The position numbers and the translations under genes are program-made. A stretch of DNA of 64,000 bases, taken from the NCBI RefSeq assembly GCF_039969095.1, contig NZ_JBDVOL010000017.1, forward strand, positions 94,039 to 158,038, read 5' to 3'. Positions 19,894-28,951 of the stretch are shown piece after piece. Source of the stretch: Reichenbachiella sp. GTDB lineage: Bacteria > Bacteroidota > Bacteroidia > Cytophagales > Cyclobacteriaceae. Under the pieces are notes generated by a model. The model saw nothing but the letters and a program-made list of their open reading frames with translations. It was not told the DNA's origin and made no database searches. Position 1 is the first letter of the stretch. Each line of letters opens with the position of its first letter.

Positions 19894-20585
19894 GTAAACC
19901 CTCCGTACTGGTGGTAGAAGATGAGCCACTAATAGCTGATGACATAGCCAGCATTCTTGAAAAAAATGGATACGATGTCGTAGATATTGTAGATGAAGCC
20001 CCTGACGCTCTCGCTTCGATTAAAAAGTACAATCCAGACATGGCCTTGCTTGATATCAACATCGAGGGTGATTCAGACGGAATAGATCTGGCAGGAAAGC
20101 TGGACATACCATTTGTGTTTCTCACCTCTTACTACGATCAGCAGACGCTGAACAGGGCCAAAAAAACTAACCCCTCGGGGTATATTGTAAAACCTTTCAA
20201 TGAAAGTGATTTAATCGCTAATGTGGAAATAGCACTTTCCAGAACTCGAAAAAACAAAGAGAAAGAAGCTTCGCCAGAGAAACTGTTCTTAAGAAATGGT
20301 CAAGAGATTGTGTCCGTCATGTCGTCTGATATTGTCTACGTGGAAGCATTTGACAACTACTCCAATGTGTACACCGAAATGGACAAGTTCATCATCAGCC
20401 ACACCCTAAAAAGCGTAGAAGCAAAGCTACTGCCGTTTGGATTCATGCGCGTGCATCGATCTTATTTGATCAATTTTGCACATGTGGATTCTCTTTCGGA
20501 AGGATACGTTTTTCTCAAAGGACATAAAGTTCAAATTGGAAAGTCCTTTCGCAAAGACTTTATTGATGGACTGAGTATGCTATAA
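19890..20585 (+). CDS. Response regulator with LytTR DNA-binding domain
   Basis: Receiver domain (VLVVEDEPLIADDI...ALLDINI...KPF) plus a LytTR domain (IVYVEAFDNYSNVYT...MRVHRSYLIN). ATGA overlap with the kinase gene. Confidence 0.9.
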   Translation: MSKPSVLVVEDEPLIADDIASILEKNGYDVVDIVDEAPDALASIKKYNPDMALLDINIEGDSDGIDLAGKLDIPFVFLTSYYDQQTLNRAKKTNPSGYIVKPFNESDLIANVEIALSRTRKNKEKEASPEKLFLRNGQEIVSVMSSDIVYVEAFDNYSNVYTEMDKFIISHTLKSVEAKLLPFGFMRVHRSYLINFAHVDSLSEGYVFLKGHKVQIGKSFRKDFIDGLSML

Positions 20586-20588
20586 TCG

Positions 20589-20655
20589 TCACTCAATAAA
20601 TAATTCCCTTCACTCAAAACATTTATCCCTTCGCTAAAAACCCTTTTCGTTAGCC
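20589..20655. promoter_or_regulatory. Three direct repeats phased at exactly 21 bp (candidate LytTR operator) upstream of the giant surface-protein gene
   Basis: TCACTCAATAAA at 20589, TCACTCAAAACA at 20610 and TCGCTAAAAACC at 20631. The second and third extend to TCCCTTC(A/G)CT..AAAA. A degenerate fourth copy, TCGTTAGCCAAA, lies at 20647, out of phase. Confidence 0.35.
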
Positions 20656-20699
20656 AAAGGCTAGAGGCAATTTGACTATTCAAATTAAAAAGTTGCCTT

Positions 20700-23600
20700 A
20701 TGAAAAAGCTAATTGCAATTGTATTTTTCCTTTCACCTGCATGGTGCGTGGCTCAGCCAGGTAAATCTCAAATCATTCATCCAGAGATTATTCAATTTGA
20801 CGAAACATCACCAGTGATTCGTTTCCATTGGAAGAACAAGGATGCAAGTGCTGTTTCCTATAAATTCTACAATTCCCTTTCTCAAGCGGCTTCTTGTGGT
20901 GTATATAATTACATCGCTGGAAATGATTTTGCTACTGCCAATAGTTACTATGACTTTACCCTTGAAAATGGGTCGGGTGTGAAATACGACTTTAATGTTA
21001 CTGCCTTAAATGCTTCCAGCGAAGAAGGACAAAACCAAACCAAATGGATCCCCATGAACCCTGGTTTTTGCTACGATTTTGAAGACATCAATGATGCATT
21101 GACTAACTATTATGTATTAACAGGTCTTCAGGCTGTTAATACAGGGGGAAATGATATTATCTATTACCTGAATGGGGGTGCTGATAATATGCTCAATTCC
21201 TATTTTGAGTGGGAAATACCAACTGGATGGGAAATAGAGTTTTATGAAAACGATCAAATCATTGTTGATGCGCCTTTTGGTGCTGAGAGCGGCTACATTA
21301 CCACGAAAGTTGTGAGCCCATTCACCGGAGAGGAAAGCATTAAGCTTAAACTACCTGTGCTAGTCGATGGTGTAAAAATCGATCAAAGCATAAATTGGTC
21401 AACTTCTGAATTGGTCGCTACGGAAGGAGACGACCCGTTAGATATGGACGGGACCTCTTCAGCTGATCTAGATGTTACGTACCACAGTTCGAATACATCT
21501 GTGGCTACCGTTTCTGGCGCTCAGATCACAATTATTGGGGAAGGCACCTCCACCATCACAGCCAGCCAAAGTGGTGATACCTATCACAGTGCTGCCCCAT
21601 CTCTTCAGCGAACACTAACGGTACAACAGCCCTCTACACTGGCTTTTGATACAGACTATCCAAAGTTTGAGTATTACCTTTCTAATACCTACAGGATATT
21701 ACTAAAACTTACTGAGCTTGGAAGTGTCTATTACATCGTAGAACCCGATGGCAGCACCCAGCCTACTGCCGAACAAATAGAAGCAGGGAAAAATGCTTCG
21801 GGAGAAGATGCATTAAAAAAAGGATCGGCCTATAATTTAACTGCTGGTGTAGAATATGCAAATCATGCACAAATAAGTGGACTTGAAGAAGAAACCGAAT
21901 ATGACATCTACCTAGTTCTTGCCGATGAAAGTTACAATGTTCAATCTGTGGTAACTAAACTGGAAGTGACTACCGGAGATTATTCGAGGCCCACATGGAG
22001 CGAAGGATATCCGCAAATGGGCACCATTTCTTCGCTGGAGGCTGAAGTACAAATTGACCTCAATGAAGAAACAGGTATGGTGTATTATGCCGTTTTTCGT
22101 AGCAGCAGTTCCACACATTACCCTCCTAATCTCAAAAATGGAGGGAACTATCAGGCACTGGACGAGGGGTCAGTTGCTGCAAGTGCAGTTGGGTTTACAC
22201 TCAATAATCTGAGTGAAGACACAGACTATGATGTTTGGTTAGCAGCTGAAGACGCAGCTGAAAATCTACAGGTTAGCGCTACCAAAATCGATTTCACGAC
22301 AATCGATGACATAGACCCAGTCTTTAATGCGGGCTATCCGCAAGTGTCCACTATCAATGAAACTGCAGTGGAGATTCACACACGTGTGGATGAACAAGTG
22401 ACAGTCTATGCTATTGCACAACTAGAAGGCAACTCTTCACCCTCCGCTAGTCAAGTCATAGCTGGACAGGATTATCAAGGGCAGGAAGCTATTGGGGTAG
22501 CGGATTCTGAAGCCGATGGTTTGGGAACCAATATCTACGTAGAGTTCACTGGCCTCACCACTCAGGTGGAATACGACTTTTTTGTGGTGGCAGAAGATAA
22601 CTTTGGAAATAGCACAGATCCTGTAAAACTCACGGCTACTACATCGGATGAAACTGCACCAGTCATTTCTCCTACTTACCTCACACAAGTAGAACTGACA
22701 GAGACTACAGCCACATTCTCGTTTTCACTCAATGAAGCAGGAACATTCTACTATGTGCTAGATCCAAATGATGGTGATACACCAAGCGCGACACAAGTGA
22801 AAAGCGAACAGCTTGGTTCCGGGGAATCTGCTCCAGCCTTTGGCAGTATAGCAGCAGAAGCAGATCAGACCTACGAATTCCAATTGACTGGTTTGATTGA
22901 CAATCAGGAATATGAATTATATTTTGTAGCCGAGGATGAAAATGACAACCTCAGTGAATATGCTTATTCCTCCTATTTTGAAACAGAGGATGGCACACCA
23001 CCTTCTTTTACAGACAACCCAGAAATCACAGATGTTTCAAATATGGAAGTGTCGCTTACCGCGGATACCGATGAATACGGAACCATTTATGCCGCAATAA
23101 TTGCCGAGAATGCTGCGCTTCCATCTGTAAATGATTTGTCCAATCTTGAAGTAGAAGGAGCGATTCATCAAGGATCGTACAATTCAGGATACATTTCTGT
23201 ATTTACTTCACTGGAGCTGGGTGTAAGCTACCAATTGGTACTAATAGCTGAAGATGAAAGCGACAATTTGCAGAGCAGTATCACCGCTCTTGACTTCACA
23301 GTACCAGATAATAGGGAAGATCAAATCATTACTTTCGAATTGGTGGATGAGGTGACTGTGGGTGACGACAATCTTTCATTGAGTGCCAGTAATTCCTCTG
23401 GCAACGAGGTCTCTTTCAAATCGTCTGATGAAGAAGTGGCAACAATCATCACAACGGAAGCAGGTATGCAGGTCCAAATAACTGGAGCAGGGACTGTGGA
23501 TATCACCGCATACCACGAAGGAGATTTAACTTATAAACCAAGTGAGATCTCTGAACAGCTAGTGGTAACAAAATTGGAACAAACGATAAACTTCACAACA

Positions 23601-24587
23601 ATAGGCGATCAATCGCTCGAGGACTCGCCCATTACTTTACAAGCATCTGCAACCTCTGACCTCACGGTAGAATTTGCATTGCTTGAAGGTAATGGTGTGA
23701 TTTTGGGAAATCAATTAACCATAAACGAAGCTGGCACCTTCGAAGTAGAAGCCATACAAAATGGAAACCAAAACTACCTAGAAGCTGAGTCGATCATTCA
23801 ATCTTTTGAAGTATTTTCAGTAGCGGAGAGTCAAACAATCAGTTTTAATGAAATAACAGAAAAAGTATATGGTGATACATTTCAACTTGAAGCCTCAGCC
23901 ACTTCTGGTTTAGAAATAATTTATGCCGTCACATCTGGGCCAGCCAGTATTTCAGGCAATGAAGTCTCTATCAACGGCACAGGAGAAGTAAGCATTCTTG
24001 CTTCACAAGAAGGGAATGAGTCTTATTTACCAGCACCAGAGGTGTCACAAACCTTTACAACCACAAAAGCAACATTAGTAGTGAAAGCAGAAGATCTCGA
24101 AATCCAGATGAATCAACCCATTCCGGAATTAAGTTTTTCATATGCTGGATTTATAGGTGAAGACGATGAGCAAGTGATAGATACTCCTCCTACCATAAGC
24201 ACGACAGCTACTGAATTGAGTACTGCTGGTGATTACGCCATAGAATTATCCGATGGAGATGACGATCAATACAAATTTGATTTTGAAGAAGGAACACTAA
24301 GCATAATAGTAGTCACCGAAGTGACTAATAAGATACTTGACAATGTTCGAATCTATCCAGTTCCTTTTACATCAACTTTTCAAATTGAGCTTCCAAACCA
24401 ACCGTTGGGCAAATACGAATTGACCATCCGAAATATAAATGGTGCGACTATCTTCCATTCCATGCTCAGAAGCAATGAATTGATTTACGAAGTAGACCAG
24501 CTAAGCCAATTACCAAATGGGATTTATCAAGTCCATCTCACGCTAGACCATGAGGTAAAATCTTTCAAAGTGATAAAAAGAAATTGA
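20700..24587 (+). CDS. Giant T9SS-secreted cell-surface protein (tandem FN3-like modules, Big_2-like Ig domains, MBG-like domain, Por C-terminal sorting domain)
   Basis: Signal peptide MKKLIAIVFFLSPAWCVAQ. Five ~105-aa repeats, four Ig-like segments (e.g. NTSVATVSGAQITIIGEGTSTITASQ), an MBG-like YAGFIGEDDEQVIDTPPTIST...YAIEL segment, and the C-terminal VRIYPVPFTSTFQIEL...GIYQVHL...FKVIKRN. Confidence 0.8.
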   Translation: MKKLIAIVFFLSPAWCVAQPGKSQIIHPEIIQFDETSPVIRFHWKNKDASAVSYKFYNSLSQAASCGVYNYIAGNDFATANSYYDFTLENGSGVKYDFNVTALNASSEEGQNQTKWIPMNPGFCYDFEDINDALTNYYVLTGLQAVNTGGNDIIYYLNGGADNMLNSYFEWEIPTGWEIEFYENDQIIVDAPFGAESGYITTKVVSPFTGEESIKLKLPVLVDGVKIDQSINWSTSELVATEGDDPLDMDGTSSADLDVTYHSSNTSVATVSGAQITIIGEGTSTITASQSGDTYHSAAPSLQRTLTVQQPSTLAFDTDYPKFEYYLSNTYRILLKLTELGSVYYIVEPDGSTQPTAEQIEAGKNASGEDALKKGSAYNLTAGVEYANHAQISGLEEETEYDIYLVLADESYNVQSVVTKLEVTTGDYSRPTWSEGYPQMGTISSLEAEVQIDLNEETGMVYYAVFRSSSSTHYPPNLKNGGNYQALDEGSVAASAVGFTLNNLSEDTDYDVWLAAEDAAENLQVSATKIDFTTIDDIDPVFNAGYPQVSTINETAVEIHTRVDEQVTVYAIAQLEGNSSPSASQVIAGQDYQGQEAIGVADSEADGLGTNIYVEFTGLTTQVEYDFFVVAEDNFGNSTDPVKLTATTSDETAPVISPTYLTQVELTETTATFSFSLNEAGTFYYVLDPNDGDTPSATQVKSEQLGSGESAPAFGSIAAEADQTYEFQLTGLIDNQEYELYFVAEDENDNLSEYAYSSYFETEDGTPPSFTDNPEITDVSNMEVSLTADTDEYGTIYAAIIAENAALPSVNDLSNLEVEGAIHQGSYNSGYISVFTSLELGVSYQLVLIAEDESDNLQSSITALDFTVPDNREDQIITFELVDEVTVGDDNLSLSASNSSGNEVSFKSSDEEVATIITTEAGMQVQITGAGTVDITAYHEGDLTYKPSEISEQLVVTKLEQTINFTTIGDQSLEDSPITLQASATSDLTVEFALLEGNGVILGNQLTINEAGTFEVEAIQNGNQNYLEAESIIQSFEVFSVAESQTISFNEITEKVYGDTFQLEASATSGLEIIYAVTSGPASISGNEVSINGTGEVSILASQEGNESYLPAPEVSQTFTTTKATLVVKAEDLEIQMNQPIPELSFSYAGFIGEDDEQVIDTPPTISTTATELSTAGDYAIELSDGDDDQYKFDFEEGTLSIIVVTEVTNKILDNVRIYPVPFTSTFQIELPNQPLGKYELTIRNINGATIFHSMLRSNELIYEVDQLSQLPNGIYQVHLTLDHEVKSFKVIKRN

Positions 24588-24598
24588 TAACTAAAATC

Positions 24599-24639
24599 AG
24601 AAGACAAAGACCCGAATGGCATTCAGGTCTTTGTCTTCT
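24599..24639 (+). terminator. Intrinsic terminator hairpin after the surface-protein gene
   Basis: Perfect 14-bp stem AGAAGACAAAGACC / GGTCTTTGTCTTCT with a 13-nt loop, 12 nt after the stop codon. Confidence 0.7.
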
Positions 24640-24755
24640 ATCTAACTTGTCCATTTTAAATCCAAATTTCGCCCGCCACCCATCACAATTTCATTGACCA
24701 GAAACAGAACTTTTTCTAGATTAGATTCATCTCAAATTAGAAAAACTCAACTCTC

Positions 24756-27143
24756 ATGGTCAAAAACTATTTCAAACTCGCTGTTCGCAATCTTTTTAAA
24801 AGTAAGTCTACTGCCTTTATCAATATTGGCGGATTGACTATTGGCTTTCTCTGCGCCCTTCTCATTTTTACTTATATCAAAAAGGAATTATCCTACGACA
24901 GATTCCATTCCAACATTGACAATATCTTCAGGGTTCTCACAATAGATGAGGCACTAGGAGTCACCAGCAATCTTGTTGGTATCACGCTACCTGCCTTGAG
25001 TGAGACCATGAAAAATGAGCTGACCAGTGTAGAAAACAGTGTACGTATCAGCACGAATGGTCGCTCATTAGTGGAGTACAACAAGATTCCAATCTATACG
25101 GAAAATATGGTCTATGTGGAACCCAGCTTGTTCGAAATCTTCGATTACGAATTAATTTCTGGTCATCAACCCACTGCCCTGCAAGCACCAAACACAGCTG
25201 TATTGACAGAAACCATGGCCAAGAAGATATTTTCGAAAGAAGACCCCATTGGCAAAACCATTAAAGTTGATAATTCCACAGATTTGGAAGTAGTTGGCGT
25301 GATGAAAGACCCTTCGCCATTTACTTCTATGGAATTTGACCTTCTCGTATCCATGGTGCCTACAGAAAGCGACAGCAATACCATCAATTATCTGAATAGC
25401 TGGACTAGCATATCGATGGTAGAATATGTATCACTTAGTCCAACAGCCAACATTGAGGAAGTGAAAACCAAGATGGAGGAAATCATTCGAAACAATAATG
25501 TAGGCGATAATTTTAAGGTGACGTTACAACCATTGACGGAAACGCATTTAAGTTCATCAGGTATTTTGTTCGACGTATTCAATGCGAACAAAGGCGACAT
25601 CAATTACCTGTATACCTTGGCAATCGTGGGGCTTTTTGTGGTAATGATAGCAGCATTCAATTTTATGAATCTATCTACTGCCAGATCAGCCAATCGTGCC
25701 AAAGAAGTAGGTATGCGTAAGGTTATGGGTGCCAGCAAAAGACAGCTGGCGTTCCAGTTTTTATCCGAGTCAGTAGTGATTTGCTTCTTTTCTCTGATTT
25801 TATCTTTGGTTGGGCTTTTTGTAGTTAGTTCATTTTTGGACTTTGGCATTGATCAAAACCTTTTGATGTACTTAGTAGGCGACACATCCACTGTGCTATG
25901 GATAATTGGATCAGTGCTTGGGTTGGGTATTGTTGCTGGACTTTACCCTGCATTTTTATTGTCTGGCTTCTCCATTTTGAAAGTCCTCAAAGGCAATTTC
26001 AAAACAGGTACTTCAGGCGTTTGGCTACGCAAGTTGCTGGTGGTGGTGCAATTTACTGCTTCCATCACCATGATTATTGGAACTATTACGGTCTACTATC
26101 AGCTCGACTATCTGAAATCGGCCGACAAAGGATTTGATGATGAGCAAATTCTATCCATCAACTTAGGGGATCAAAGCCTTAGAACTTCGGGTGAAAGATT
26201 AAAAAACAGGCTTGCTCAAATTCCTAATATCGAAATGATGGGACTGTCAGGGTCGATGCCCGGAAGAGGAGTAGGCAGAAGAGGCATTCTTCCTGAGGGA
26301 GCTGATGAAGACGATGTCTGGATTGTTAGCAGTATGGGGGTCAACGAGGAATATTTCGATCTAATGGGAATGGAAATTGTGCAAGGGCGGAATTATTCTA
26401 AAGCAATTAAATCAGATTCTGCTGCAAGTCTCATTATGAATGAAGCGGCTGCAAAAGCTATAGGATGGGAAGATCCCATTGGTAAAAAAATTAGCCAGGG
26501 GCCTAATGAATTTACTGTCATAGGCGTGGTGAAAGATTTTCACTTTGCCAACATGAGACATCAAATAGAGCCAATTATCTTACCCTATAGACCAACTGCT
26601 ATAAGTAACAGTGTAATGTCCCTCAAAATTCGTCAGGAAAATTTAAAAAGTACACTTCAAAAAATAGAAGAAATTTGGGTCGAGGTAAATCCCAATTATC
26701 CTTTTGAATATGTGTTCTTCAATGAAGAATTTGGCAGACAATACGAAAACGATGAGAACTTCGCCTCCTTGATAGTAAGCTTCACTTGGTTGGCCATTTT
26801 CATTGCTTGCTTGGGGTTAATTGGACTATCTATGTTCACGGCTGAGCAACGCATCAAAGAAATTGGAATCAGAAAAGTATTAGGAGCCAACATCAAAACT
26901 GTCGTACTGCTGCTCTCCACTGAGTTTACCAAACCAGTTTTGGTGGCTTGTTTGATCGCTACACCTGTCGCTTATTACTTTCTAAACGAATGGCTTTCTG
27001 GATTTGCTTATCATGTAGAAATGCCTTGGATGGCTTTTGTATTGGCATCTGTTTTAGCTGTAGTAATTTCCCAACTCACGGTGAGTTTTCATGCGATAAA
27101 AGCGGCTACATCTAATCCAGTGAATGCACTAAGAAATGAATAA
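24756..27143 (+). CDS. FtsX/MacB-like ABC transporter permease (double FtsX domain)
   Basis: 795 aa. N-terminal TM plus MacB-type periplasmic domain, then a 4-TM FtsX module, repeated twice (MRKVMGASKRQL and IRKVLGANIKTV). No ATPase gene is adjacent. Confidence 0.85.
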   Translation: MVKNYFKLAVRNLFKSKSTAFINIGGLTIGFLCALLIFTYIKKELSYDRFHSNIDNIFRVLTIDEALGVTSNLVGITLPALSETMKNELTSVENSVRISTNGRSLVEYNKIPIYTENMVYVEPSLFEIFDYELISGHQPTALQAPNTAVLTETMAKKIFSKEDPIGKTIKVDNSTDLEVVGVMKDPSPFTSMEFDLLVSMVPTESDSNTINYLNSWTSISMVEYVSLSPTANIEEVKTKMEEIIRNNNVGDNFKVTLQPLTETHLSSSGILFDVFNANKGDINYLYTLAIVGLFVVMIAAFNFMNLSTARSANRAKEVGMRKVMGASKRQLAFQFLSESVVICFFSLILSLVGLFVVSSFLDFGIDQNLLMYLVGDTSTVLWIIGSVLGLGIVAGLYPAFLLSGFSILKVLKGNFKTGTSGVWLRKLLVVVQFTASITMIIGTITVYYQLDYLKSADKGFDDEQILSINLGDQSLRTSGERLKNRLAQIPNIEMMGLSGSMPGRGVGRRGILPEGADEDDVWIVSSMGVNEEYFDLMGMEIVQGRNYSKAIKSDSAASLIMNEAAAKAIGWEDPIGKKISQGPNEFTVIGVVKDFHFANMRHQIEPIILPYRPTAISNSVMSLKIRQENLKSTLQKIEEIWVEVNPNYPFEYVFFNEEFGRQYENDENFASLIVSFTWLAIFIACLGLIGLSMFTAEQRIKEIGIRKVLGANIKTVVLLLSTEFTKPVLVACLIATPVAYYFLNEWLSGFAYHVEMPWMAFVLASVLAVVISQLTVSFHAIKAATSNPVNALRNE

Positions 27144-27157
27144 TGAAGTAAGCTTAC

Positions 27158-27183
27158 TCTGGGAGGACATTTATTCTCCCAGA
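27158..27183. terminator. Hairpin between convergent genes
   Basis: 8-bp stem TCTGGGAG / CTCCCAGA with a 10-nt loop, flanked by a further GAAGT/ACTTC complementarity. It lies between the FtsX stop (27143) and the SDR stop (27186). Confidence 0.5.
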
Positions 27184-27185
27184 CT

Positions 27186-28079
27186 TCACACTTGCTCATC
27201 CAAAATGCTAATTCCTTCTTCAAAGGAGTGTGGCTGATAGCCCAATACTTCCTTTGCCTTGTCCAGAATAAATCCAGTTTTTGGTGGGCGCTTGGCTGAC
27301 TGAGAGAAAGTACTTGCGTCTACTTTGGTCACCAAAGAGAAATCCAGATTAAAATAATCAGCTGTTTTCTTAGCCATCTCAAAAGGCGTGAGCATTTCTT
27401 CACCAGAAATATTAAAAACTCCCGTAGCACGCTGTTTAGCCACTAAAAAACAACCTGTAGCCAAATCTTCAGCTAAGGTTGGTGTACGCCATTGGTCATC
27501 TACAATATTCAGAGGCTTCCCATTTTCCAAGTTTTCTTTCACCCAAAGAATAATATTAGAACGACTCATACCAGGTGTAATACCATAAACCAAAACTGTT
27601 CGAAGAATAGCCCAATCGCAATTCGCTTGCTTTACAATCTCCTCCGCATCCAATTTGCTCTGTCCATAAAAACTAATCGGATTTGGCTGATCATCTTCTC
27701 TGTATGGCCCTGATTCTCCATCAAAAATAAAATCCGTGGAGAGATGAATAAAATGGATGTTACTCGTTTCGCATGCCCGAACTAACAAGCCTACAGCGTC
27801 TACGTTTAGATTTCTGCATTCGGCTTGCTCCTTTTCACATTGATCTACATTTGTCATTGCTGCTGTATGAATGACAGCATCTGGCCTGTACTTCTTTATG
27901 ACTTCATCCACCTGTATTGCATTTGTAATATCTAATTCAGAATATTCAAACGGCTTTGACAAATAAGTCACGCGGTTAGCACCGCGGGAGGTCGCTATTA
28001 CTTCCATGTCCTTTTCTAACAGCAACTTGACTAGCTTTTGTCCCAAAAGACCATTGGATCCGGTGATCAATATTTTCAT
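27186..28079 (-). CDS. NAD(P)-dependent SDR, RmlD (dTDP-4-dehydrorhamnose reductase)-like
   Basis: MKILITGSNGLLGQKL Rossmann motif, YGQSKLDAE catalytic YxxxK, about 297 aa as for RmlD-type reductases. Confidence 0.7.
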   Translation of the reverse strand: MKILITGSNGLLGQKLVKLLLEKDMEVIATSRGANRVTYLSKPFEYSELDITNAIQVDEVIKKYRPDAVIHTAAMTNVDQCEKEQAECRNLNVDAVGLLVRACETSNIHFIHLSTDFIFDGESGPYREDDQPNPISFYGQSKLDAEEIVKQANCDWAILRTVLVYGITPGMSRSNIILWVKENLENGKPLNIVDDQWRTPTLAEDLATGCFLVAKQRATGVFNISGEEMLTPFEMAKKTADYFNLDFSLVTKVDASTFSQSAKRPPKTGFILDKAKEVLGYQPHSFEEGISILDEQV

Positions 28080-28205
28080 AATGTTAAGAAGTAAATAATT
28101 CGTCGTACGATTTGCTAATACAAACTTAGAAAAATTAAATATTTTTTATATTAGCCTGAACAGCCCAAGATAAGCTAACAATTTTGAGAAACTAAATTTG
28201 CAACC

Positions 28206-28940
28206 ATGGAAACCGAAGCATATCAAAAGTCATCTGGGTTTCAAAATCTGCTCCTTATTCTTTCTATCTATGTTGTCGTAGAACTTTATGTAGGCACTAT
28301 TGTTGACTATCCTGTAGAACTCAAAGAAATTCTATCATGGATAGACTTTGCGATCTGCATGCTCTTCCTCTATGATTTTTTTAATGGCTTTTTTAGAGCA
28401 AACGATAAGTGGAAATATTTTAAAGGCAATTGGATCGATTTAGTTTCATCCATTCCTACGGTTGAAGCGCTTCGAATGGGAAGAATAATAAGAGTCATTA
28501 GAATATTGCGAGTACTGAGATCCGCCAAGTATATATTCAACGCCTTTAGTAGAAAAAATTCTTTCAATACATTCCGCAATCTCATGCTCATAAGCGGCAT
28601 GATTATTCTGTTTTTTACATTAAGTTTTTACCATTTGGAAAGAAATGCAAACCCGCATATTACTTCGATGTCAGACAGTTTGTGGTGGACCACTGTCACT
28701 ACAATCACAGTAGGTTTTTTGCAAGACATTCCACCTGTAACAGTAGAAGGAAAATTTTTGAGTGTAGCGCTAATTTTACTGGGTATGATTATGTTCTCTA
28801 CACTCACAGGCACGATTACCGATTATTTTATTGAGGATGAAGATATTCAGGAAAATATCAATGAACTCAAGGAAAAAGTAGAATCTCTCGAACATAAAAT
28901 TGACTTAATGACGAGTAAAATGGATCAATTGGGTAAATAA
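28206..28940 (+). CDS. 6-TM voltage-sensor-type cation channel with a non-canonical pore filter and a C-terminal coiled coil
   Basis: S4 helix RMGRIIRVIRILRVLRSAKY with Arg at every third residue. Pore segment WWTTVTTITVGFLQD (TVGF instead of TVGYG). C-terminal heptad region INELKEKVESLEHKIDLMTSKMDQL. Confidence 0.75.
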   Translation: METEAYQKSSGFQNLLLILSIYVVVELYVGTIVDYPVELKEILSWIDFAICMLFLYDFFNGFFRANDKWKYFKGNWIDLVSSIPTVEALRMGRIIRVIRILRVLRSAKYIFNAFSRKNSFNTFRNLMLISGMIILFFTLSFYHLERNANPHITSMSDSLWWTTVTTITVGFLQDIPPVTVEGKFLSVALILLGMIMFSTLTGTITDYFIEDEDIQENINELKEKVESLEHKIDLMTSKMDQLGK

Positions 28941-28951
28941 ATTTCAACAAC

